64,000 nt of DNA from Tubulanus polymorphus (lineage: Eukaryota; Animalia; Nemertea): assembly GCF_964204645.1 (NCBI RefSeq), contig NC_134026.1:5045950-5109949 (forward strand), in the 5' to 3' direction. Shown piece by piece: positions 53,576 through 64,000 of the stretch. Under the pieces are notes generated by a model. That model was not told where the DNA came from. It saw nothing but the letters and a program-made list of their open reading frames with translations, and made no database searches. The position numbers and the translations under genes are program-made. The first letter of the stretch is position 1; the number at the start of each line of letters is the position of its first letter.

Positions 53576-55766
53576 AAATCATTCAGTCACATTTTCTACA
53601 TTCGTTCTCATTTATGAATACACAGGGTTTGGAAAAACCTTCGAAGCATGCTGCAACTGAATATCATATTGTGCATCGAAATAGTCGTTAAAGTCAGTAA
53701 TAGATTATTTTTGTGTACATGTATATGTAATAAACCAGTTCATATGATATATATTTTACATATAATTATAACGTGCAGCTCATGTAGAAGGATTCTTCGT
53801 AGGGTACATCAAAGGTCGTTTTTAATGGTACTACTATAACTAACTACTCTGGATATAATGTAGGTTACATGAATCCTTTCAGGGGTTAGTTTTTTAGACT
53901 CAGTTTTTGGTAAACTTTTGGATTTTCCATTTTGTTCCTCATTGTCATCAGGGGCTTTTAACCTTATTACCAGTGCCAAGTAATGTAGGTTGAGATGTGT
54001 CTTAATAAACTCACGGTTAACATTTGACTCATTGAAAGTGCTCAGAGTCAAACTTAACCGACAGCAGCTTACGAACTAGGTCTTGAATGTTTGCTCAGTT
54101 AACTAGAATTCAATGCCTTTGTACATAAACGTGTATATTTTATCAGAAGCGTCTATGACATCAGATTAGTTTACCTGAAATTCACTGTAGTAGAAAAAAT
54201 TTTAATACTTGGAAATAATCTGTGAATGAATGCTGTTTCATTGTGCAGATGTCTGGAAAGTAGAATTTTATATTTGTGGTATAAGTATTGCGGTGCATCA
54301 ATTGAATTCAATCATTCTGTGGTACGAGGTAGATTGAATCTACCCCGCGTACCGTATGTCTTCCATTCAGGGATAATAAATGTTGGTTTTTTAACAACAT
54401 TTGGTTTAATTTTTGTCGGATTTATGCTACGTAAAAATTATCCTAGTCATGATTTTAAGTAATCTCAAAAAATGTTTTCATTTTCACTGATTTTGTTCTT
54501 AATTCGCTACGCCATGGACCAATAGTTTAATGAAGTCATTAGTAGTTGCATAATGTTGCGTATTGCTGGGATGCAACACCATTCATTTGTATATCATAGA
54601 TTTTGTTTACACTAGTACATAATGATTTGCACAGCCACGTTCAACTTTATTGGTAGACAGTTAAGCGTTTATGAAATGTCTCCAAATGTCAGTATTTCTG
54701 AGAACTGGTATTTCAGCTATTAACCTCTTGTTATCAATCATTATGGTGCTATGAAAGATTAACCATTGTTAATAGGAATTTGTATTTCTGCTACAAGTAC
54801 ATTGACAAAAACAGCCTTTTTAATCACTTGTTTGGAGTTACCTGCTATTTCTCCAGGCAGATTACGCTTGTTAGTACTGCATTTCTTTGTTTAGTTGGGG
54901 ACTAGAAAAAATGTAACCGCCGTAAAGGCATATATATTGTACATAATGATCTTATTGACATCAGTAAAAAGTTATTCAAATGTTATTCAAAGCTAATTTT
55001 TCTGTCGTCTACTATTTGGCTTTTCTTGGTCACAAGTTCGTGTTGGAGGAATGGAGGAAATTCACAGGTGAATCAATGAAGATCCAGAGGTTGTGGAGAG
55101 ATGACATCTAGAAGTGGCCCTTAATTGGATTTCAATAGTAGTTTAAGGTTGTTAATCCTTCCAGTGAAGGATGTAAATCTTTGGAAAATCCTGATGTTTA
55201 CAAGTCCATGATACTTTTAGTTACTCAGTCTTCCAGAAAGACTGGGTTCATCAATACAGTATCATATCTAAGACAAAACAGTTCTCTGATACAGTGACTA
55301 TTTAGTCCAGAATTTCACAGGAAAACCTCAGCTTACTGCAGATTTTTCACAGAAAAGCATCCAAACTCCAATAAACCATGGACTAAACCAGCAATTCTCT
55401 TTAACTTTATTGGTTTTATTATCGGGAAAATATCAATTGCACAGACAATACAATCTAAATTACGGTAAATGACATATAGTTAAATGCATCTAAAATGACC
55501 AATGAACCGGGGTAGTTATCAATTATCCCTCCATAAAAAGCTTACTCTCATGCAGTGATGCATACATCAAGATTGCAAATGAAAAAAATCTAAACACATA
55601 ATGCAAATGATTTTTGAAATTCGTACATCTAAAACTAAATTTGACCATGATCTTGTTGGAACTAGATGATCAAATATTATACATTGATAAAATAAGTACA
55701 CAAAGAACTAAAGATAAACAGATGGAAAATCACCAGTAACAGGTTTGAACTTAGTCAATATTGTAC

Positions 55767-58700
55767 TCATAATTGAGGTGTTTTGTTATACTGACGAATG
55801 GCCCCTACATTCGAAGAATACAAGCCTGACTGGCCAGGTCTTCCATTTCTGACGTTTTGGTAAGCTGATTGCTGCATTGGAGGTTTGAACGGCGCGTTGT
55901 TGTAAGATTTAAACCCTGAGTTATTCGCTGGACGGACTGTCGAAGAGCTATAGGTCGGCACGTGATTTGATGACTCCTCCAATCCGAACAACATTTTCAG
56001 ATCGTTGAGAGACAGTTTCTGTCGTTTAGCTCCGGCTCTGAAAATTTCATGAACATATAATTAAGTAATCTATAGCAAAAACTTAATAAGACACAGCCTA
56101 TGAACGATGTAGATAATCTGAACATACCCTGTAAGAACATTGTTTGCCAAATCTGTCTTTTTCTTTTGCAACGCAACAATTTTTTCTTCAACTGTATCCT
56201 TACAAACGAACCTATAAACATAATATATCTCAAATAGAACATAAACCACAGGTTACTTATTCAGAAAAGGATCTATTTACAATCCACCCCGAATATACTG
56301 TCCACGTCGCTGATTTGAGTTTTTAGTGGCATTGAGGGTATGGTAGTGTATTGGGGGTTAAACTTTAAGGGTATGACTGCGTATTGGAGGTTCTCAGAAA
56401 ATACCAGGCATTAGGGTCGAGAGTTTAGTGGCTGACTGACTGTATTTACAGTACCTGTGAATGAAGACATCTTTCTTCTGACCAACTCTGTAAATTCTGT
56501 CACATGCTTGAGCTTCAAGAGCTGGATTCCTATTGAATTACATGTATATATTTTGTTAGACAAATATCAAAACGGGATATAGTGATATGGTAGACCCTTT
56601 TATTATAGTAATCAGTGCCCAACAAACATGCTTTACACATCAAGCACTCACCAGTGGATGTCCATTATGAACAAATTATTTCCGCCAATCAGATTAAGTC
56701 CGACTCCGCCTGCCCTGAGTGACAACAGCATCACCTACGAAGGATATAAATCACAATCAAATCCCTGCCAGGAAAATCCTCACGCGAGAATAATCAAAAC
56801 AGATACATGTCGTTGTTTACCTCGGGCCCCTCATTATCGTTATTGAAGTTTTCAACCATATCCTGGCGTGATTTCGGAGGAATATTGCCTTGAATTAGGT
56901 GAAAACGTATGCCTTCTTTTTTCAAGTGAATCGCGACTATGTCCAACATCTTCGTCCACTGAGATACGATAACACTGCGCAAACAAAACAGATATTAATC
57001 TAAGCTCCAACTGTTCAAGTTTTGTAATCAATGAAATTTCGTTAGTCTAATAAAGTACCTCTTCTCTGGTTTACCAGGACGAGACCTTCTTTTGATTTCT
57101 CGAATCTTTTCAATAAGCATAGATATCTACAAAATACCATTCAAAAACTGATCTAGGAATCCGAACAGTGTTTGTTATTTGTCAAAAGCGGAAATGAAAA
57201 TATCAACCAGTACCTTCGTGCTAACAGCTCTACCTTCGAATAGAGAATTCAATCCAACCTTTGGTTCTTTAGGGTCACTAAGAGACATTAGATCCATTTG
57301 TTCTTCGAGAGTGACATCGAGACCTTCATCTTCTAACACATCCATTTCGAATGCCTGTTAATTTGAATGAGAAAATTACATTACAGTGTATCAAATAAGT
57401 TATTTGACGTTAAAGAGTGACTTCTTAAAAACCTTTTTGCATGAGAAAAGCTTTTGTCCAGTGCTAAGGCCCGATAAGGAAGAATAACTAAAATAATGAG
57501 CGTCCACAGCCTGGTGTATATGCAAGTATCAATGGTGGTTTGAATGCTAAAAGGAACACTTACATCTTTCATGAGAGACAAGTGACAGCAAGCTTGTCGC
57601 AGTCTCAACAGTAACAGCAGAATCTGACTTCCACCTCCTGTAGCATTCTCATCCTTCTTCAGGGTCAGTGCACCCGACAAATGACTAGATCCAGGATCGG
57701 GCAATGGCTTGGTAAACGTATTCGCACTGGCATAACCCATCTTTTCTCGTTCTTTGTCCTCTTGCTTTTTGAGATATTCTTGCAGCATGTTCCTACAAAG
57801 CGACATCACGTATACATTACGAACTAACTCGAGATAAGAAATTTCTTGGATCAAATTCTGGCTTCAGCGAATATTCAAGGTGAGAATCGCAAGAAACATA
57901 CTTCGATTGCGAGAATATCTTGTCATATACAACTTTTTCATCTGTTGAAAGCATCAGTTCATGGTTAACGACCTTTTTCTCCGGTAAACTGACCTATATC
58001 GAGTAGAAAACCGAAATTCACTAATAAAATCAGCAGGAATGACACCTCCAGTTTTTGAAAAACGCTGCATTGTTTCCTACCAGTGGCTTTCCACTGACAG
58101 TCATTTGGTTTTTCGTTCTTCTCAGCAATAGACTTTTAATCAAAATATTCAAACGCTTTGTTCCTTGTCCTGAATACATAGAAATCATTAAAATCGCACA
58201 CAAATCACACCGTCTGGAGAAAGTCAGTATAAGTAACTATAACATAGTTATCCATCATTTGTCCCTAGCAAAATTCACCTGATTTCATTTCAACCTGTTT
58301 TTTCCATACTTTATATTCATCAAATGGAGAACAACGTAAAAATCTAGATAAATAGAGAACCGTTAAATATAGATCGCCGTTTATAAAGCTCAGCACTAGC
58401 CGACTATCATGAAAGAGAACGATATAACACAAACCTTAGAAGAGAGTACATGTCTAACAAGTCATTCTGAATAGGAGTACCAGTAAGAACCCATCTATGG
58501 GCAGCACGCAGGCGACAAACCGACATCGCAGTCAAGCTCTTGTGATTCTTGATATTGTGTCCTTCGTCGAGAATGATTCGATCCCACGCGATCCTCAGTA
58601 AACCCGGCTCGTTAACACCGGTCTGCGAAAATAAAGATGGTAGCTTTAAAGACCTCAGAAACTACATGTATATACCACAATTTCAACTGGGCATAACAAT

Positions 58701-61700
58701 TGTTAGAGGTCAGACCTTGTAATAGGAAATAATCAATAAATAGAGTTGAACCTTGTGATACCGGTAATAGCAAATTCCAATATGGAAAACCAAATCAGAA
58801 ATGATTTCATACTATTTGTAGGAACAAATAGATTTTCCGATCCCCTTATATTCGTTTTAACTAAGTATTTGAAGTTCACAAACCTGTTCATCTTTGACAG
58901 ATTCCTCAGCCGACGCTTTCTTCCCATCTATACCAGTAGGTGCACCGACTTCCTTCCCAATGATACTGTACGTAGTCAACACAACATCGTGTTTAGCTAT
59001 CCTAAGAGAATAACGGAAAGATGCAACTATTATAAGTAACCTAGCTTTCAGCTTAAAATCCATCAAAATACTGCATTTTTTTAAAAATTTCGCACATACA
59101 TCCGTGGATCCTTATCCCGTTTCGGGCCGTGATAAACGAGAACCTTCAATTTTCCTTCGTCGCATCGATTTTCAATTTCTTTGTTCCACTGATGAATCAG
59201 TGACGCCGGGGCGACGACCAGAGTGGCGCGGGATGCGACTAACGACTTGTTCACTGTAAGAAGCAAGCAGAAACTATTTTTGAATGTTATGAGCAAAACG
59301 AGTTTTTTAAGGAGTTTTGTGCATTTTGCTCAAAGTGAAGGAGTTTCAAGCAGTTTTAAATGCATTTTCCCTTTTGGAAGTAGATTTTTCAGGAATCAAG
59401 GAGTTGTATCGACATTCCTTGTATTTGGATGAGATAGGTGCATGAGATTACTAACGAAAGAAACCATTAATTGAGGCAATAAACCTACCTTTCTTCAGTT
59501 CTTGTTCTTTCGACAACCATTCCGAACTGGCAGCATCTTTATCGGGATTCCTTTCTTTCTGGTTCATAATCAGCGAAATCATCGTCAGAGTTTTCCCCAG
59601 ACCCATATCATCAGCTAAAAACAAAACATACACAAATACTTGTAAAAATGTACGAGAAACTCTACGAACATGGGGAAAGGGTGGTTCAATTCTTACCAAG
59701 TATACCACCAGCGGGTTCCTGTTGTTCGCGCCACAGTAACCAAGCAATCGCCTGCCTCTGATGGGACATCAACTGAACTTTCAAACCCGATGGATCTTCG
59801 CTCTCAGTCGTTTCATTAGGACAAGTCTCAAGTTGCCTGAAAACAAAAGGATGTTTTTATTTCAATTCGAGACATTATCAATCAATATCATGGTTTGTCT
59901 TTCATGATGTAAATTGTATATATTCAATATACAATAGGGCTAGATTTTGTTTGCTTTCAACATCAGGGTTAGACGATAATGACTTTGAGGGATATAGAAT
60001 AAGTCATTATCTGGAAGGCTACTGGTCAGTATGTGAGACCAAGAAATAAGAATACAACATCTAAAAGGAAGGTAGTTGTCTTTATGAATGCGCTTGAACT
60101 TACTTATGTAAGCGTTCTAAAGCATCAGTTGTAACAGCTCCGACTTGTTTCAATCGATCTTTAGTCATACGTCCTCCATACAGCGTCATCGCTTGCGGAT
60201 TGGCTAAAATACAACCGACCGAAATTATCAAACTCATTTCATTTGCTAGATCAACACTGTCCACACCTAATTCCATTAGCTTTCTTCCCAATTAAGCATG
60301 TAATTTCCTGACACTTAACTCTGAAATCCATGACTACCCTTTGATTACGAGGAAATTTCAACTGAATGCCAGAAAATCGTCAGAGCCAAAAAATGTGAAC
60401 TCAATTAACACCACAAAAAATGAATATATCATTAAACCTTGACTGGCGCACTAAAGAGCTGAAATTCCCTGACTTTCAAAGACCCGGAAAACTATTTCTA
60501 AATTCCCTAATGTTCCAGGATTTTCACTGACCGTGGGAACCCTGTGCTACTGAGACATTTTAATGAATAGTGATTGGTGTTCGTCGTGGTGTTCTTAAAC
60601 AAAATTGTCCCCTCCTCTATATGCATTAGTTAGCATACCTGCATACATCTGTTTGAGAGCTTGTGGTGGTATTGGTACGGCATGCGATAATATTTGTGTC
60701 TGACGAGGAACTACGCTCGGTCTAAACCCATCTCCCTTCGCGTCGACTTTGGGTTTGTGAATGGCGCCATATGCACTTTGTTTCGTTTTCATCTCGTCGA
60801 GAATCAGTTCACCGAGAGTTTTCTCCAGTTCTTTAATCTGATCCTTAATCCGCGCCCCTTTATCGGGCAAACACGAAACATCGACTTTCTGATACAGTTC
60901 CTGAAATGGTCAAAACCATCGTAGACATCAAAATTCTAATCTCTGTAATGCACAAAAAAACATTAATTACCGAGTTGTAACTCACTCGTTTCTTCATCAA
61001 TTCATGTTTCAGTTGTTGCTTAATTGCATCTCGTTGCGAGTCATCAGCCACGTGAACCGATCTCGGATCACTTGTCGATCCATTTGCGGATTCCGATTGG
61101 GGACAAGACGCCGATACTTTTCTTTCTGGTTTGTGAGATACCGATGAATCTTTCTGTACATGTTTGTGAGATACCGATGAATCTTTTTGTTCCGGTTTGT
61201 GAGATACAAATGAATCTTTCTGTTCCGGTTTGTGAGATACCGATGAATCTTTTCGTTCCTGTTTGTTGGATACCCCAGGATTTTCAATTATGAAACAATC
61301 ATCATCATCATCATCTGTGTCATCATTATCACTGAGTATAACAGCGCTACTCTCACGTCTGCTGCCCATACTACGCTCGATTTTCGCCGATGAAGAACTT
61401 GAACCACATTTTTCATCAGATCTATTTCCATCTTTTTCAGAAACCCTTTCCGCTATATCTGCATAGTTTTTATGCCGGTGCGGTACGTTGTGTGAGCTGA
61501 CTGGACGTTTATCCGATTTAGGAACTGGTTTGGTTTGCGTAAGCAGATCGGACACATCTTTTTTATACAACGGTTTCTGAACAGAATCGCGTGTATCCAG
61601 ATTACTGACGACATTCGGCGGAAGTCTATGATCACCAAGGGGTTTTTTCGCTTGTTTTACCACTTCTTGCGATGCCTGGAAATATTAACTGTGTAGTCAA

Positions 61701-62939
61701 TTGGCTAAAGAAGCTCACAATAGTATCCCTTTGAATGAGTCTACATCACAGTACAGTGTGTAAATCAGTAATGGACCTTGCTAGTACACCTTGGTTTATT
61801 GACGTTATTAGTAATAAATATTTTAATGAAATGAAAAATGGCAGCACACTTCGAACACAGTGAAATACTATTAACTAACAATACACCACAGTGATATACT
61901 GACGTGAAATCTTAAAAAATTTTCAAATTATTAATTAGTCAGCAATGAAAGGGTTAATCATTTCACTATTAAAACAGTTTCCCACCCCATATTGCTGGTG
62001 GTATTTAAAATTTAAAGATGGTCTGTGACCTCACGTCACATCTTGTACAATGGGAGGTCTTAGGCATTTTGTCTTGAGAAGTCACATTACAGAATGACTC
62101 CTAAAGGCCACCTTGAATTCACACCCAACTTTTTTCTGGACTCACCTTCTGAAGTGCGAGATCTTTCACCACGCCAATAACTGGATTCTCTTTTTGCATA
62201 ACCTGAAAAACCTCAACTGATTAATACTTTTTGTTTGAATTCAGAACGAATGGTTATCAAGTTGAGAAATGTTATACCTCGTTAGACTGGACCGTCACGT
62301 GACCACACCAAGATGCACCACTTTCTCTGCCAACAGTACAACGATAGTATCTCCTTAAAAGTAAAATGATATGTATCATATAGATAGCCATAAATCAACA
62401 AATTCAGTAATTTTGATCGTTATTTTTCAGTTCATACCTCAATTCATTTTTTGAGTTTTGCGATGAGAAGCTCTGTAAATCTATACATTTTCCTGGGTGC
62501 TGTGTACACAACATTACTGGTATTCTACAAAACAAAGTCAGCCTTAGATAAAAGAAACCCAAAACATCCTCCGCGGTAAAATATATCCTGCCTAAATACA
62601 ACTTACTTTGCTTCTTTCACGAAGTCACATCGATCAGCCGTACTCGGTCCACAGATAAAGAAGCTTCTTCCTTTATTTGGCCCAGGTTTCGTTGATGTTT
62701 TAATGTAGCATGCTTTTCCTGGACGACAAATACAGAAGCAGAATAGATAAATATCAAATGTCAACTAACTCAATGAGAACTTAACATTTCGTGGACAGAC
62801 TAGAATTCCACAGAAATTGTCGTTATTTTGCTACTACGATTTAAAATTTAATGAAAAAAAAACAAACAAGATGTTCTATTGTTTTTTAGTTAGAAGAAGA
62901 CCATCTTGACTTACCATGATTGCAATTAACAAGATCCAT
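55767..62939 (-). CDS. TTF2: Transcription termination factor 2 (SNF2-family ATPase with N-terminal GRF zinc finger), multi-exon
   Basis: [21 protein letters not shown] zinc finger, [113 protein letters not shown] and [13 protein letters not shown]. Confidence 0.94.
61128..61259 (-). repeat. Coding 33-bp tandem repeat x4 in TTF2 (11-aa unit [11 protein letters not shown])
   Basis: GTTTGTGAGATAC..ATGAATCTTT recurs every 33 bp and is in frame in the large TTF2 exon. Confidence 0.92.
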
Positions 62940-64000
62940 TGTCTAATAATTCAGGATGTTTTTGCACCCTGATTAGACTTCTTTCGTTTTAATATTTCCA
63001 AATTTCCCAGAGTAAATACTTAACGACAGCTGGCAAAGGCCGACAGGCGCTAGGCGGCGCTGTCTTGATCAGGTTCGAATCGTAAATAAATCGTAATCGT
63101 AATCGAATCCTCTGAAAATTCGAATCCTGACACGAGACTTGGAATCAATCGGCTTTTTGCCCGAGGTCCATAGCTTTTTATCCATTGACACTCGATTTAA
63201 CGAAAACTCTTGCATCCATTCTTTTTTTTAGATTTCTTTTATTTGATATCAACATCAAAAATAAATTACATGTAAATTGAATAAATTACACAATCCGCTT
63301 TTCTCTGTGAGAACTTATCTTAGGTGGCAAACAATCCATTTAAAACTAGTTTTCGTGACATTTTAATTTCTGTTTTTGGTGAACCATACAATATACAAAA
63401 TAAAACAAGGGAAAAAAACTCATAAAAATGAGGTAACTGGAGAGGTCATTTTCTCGCGGAATTTCAGCAGAAGATTTTGAATACTTTTATACCACGAGTG
63501 TATAGGATTAAAAAAGTTAATAAAATAAACCGAGGACAATGTCTATAAAGTACCAATTGAATAGTTGAAACAATGACAACTACTGCACAAAAAGAGCTTT
63601 TTCTAATCAAGCAACTGAAAATACAAAATTTGTGGAATGATATTTCTTACTAGCGAAAAGCATTTGTGAGTAAATCCGACGGAAATATTGGATACTATTG
63701 TGGAGGTAACAATAACGAATGATAATAATACTACAATCAAGCACCAAAATTATGACAACTAACAAAATCAAACGTGTATTATTTCATTACAACATCTTGT
63801 GTAAATCCAGTGCAACCCCATTTAATGACATTTGGTTTACAGGCAATGCAACACAGTCAAACCGTTTTTTATCCAGTCCACTGTCATTGTACAGTGTCAG
63901 AAACAATGATTTTGAGCAATTTTCTTATATAGAATGCATCACAATCATAAAAGTCATGTATAATCATATGAACATAATATAGTGGTATATGACACAAAAT

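Overview
AT-rich, intron-containing eukaryotic (animal, probably invertebrate; the taxon is an inference) genomic DNA with densely packed, short-intron genes. Eight conserved spliced genes can be reconstructed by hand: LACTB (-), NAGLU (+), a secreted EndoU/PP11 endoribonuclease (+), DSCC1 (-), DEPTOR (+), an EPT1/SELENOI homologue with no Sec codon (-), FHIP2/FAM160B (+) and TTF2 (-). There is also a phase-consistent six-exon orphan gene for a predicted type I membrane protein (44605-46096) that the ORF track shows only in fragments. Mobile DNA includes a BEL/Pao LTR retrotransposon (12370-18686) with apparently identical 194-bp LTRs, a CTATA TSD, a tRNA-His-like PBS and a damaged integrase, inserted about 85 bp upstream of the EndoU TATA box. 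A non-autonomous Helentron-like (HINE) element in the last DSCC1 intron carries four CTCF-like motifs at exact 154-bp spacing plus YY1-like motifs. Several MITEs, Penelope-like fragments with hammerhead-like cores and a NAGLU pseudo-exon are also present. The most notable observations are the orphan gene, the CTCF/YY1-bearing element, a tRNA-free B-box motif near three housekeeping gene starts, and the head-to-head DSCC1-DEPTOR pair that is also found in human. All protein identities come from recalled family motifs, not database searches.
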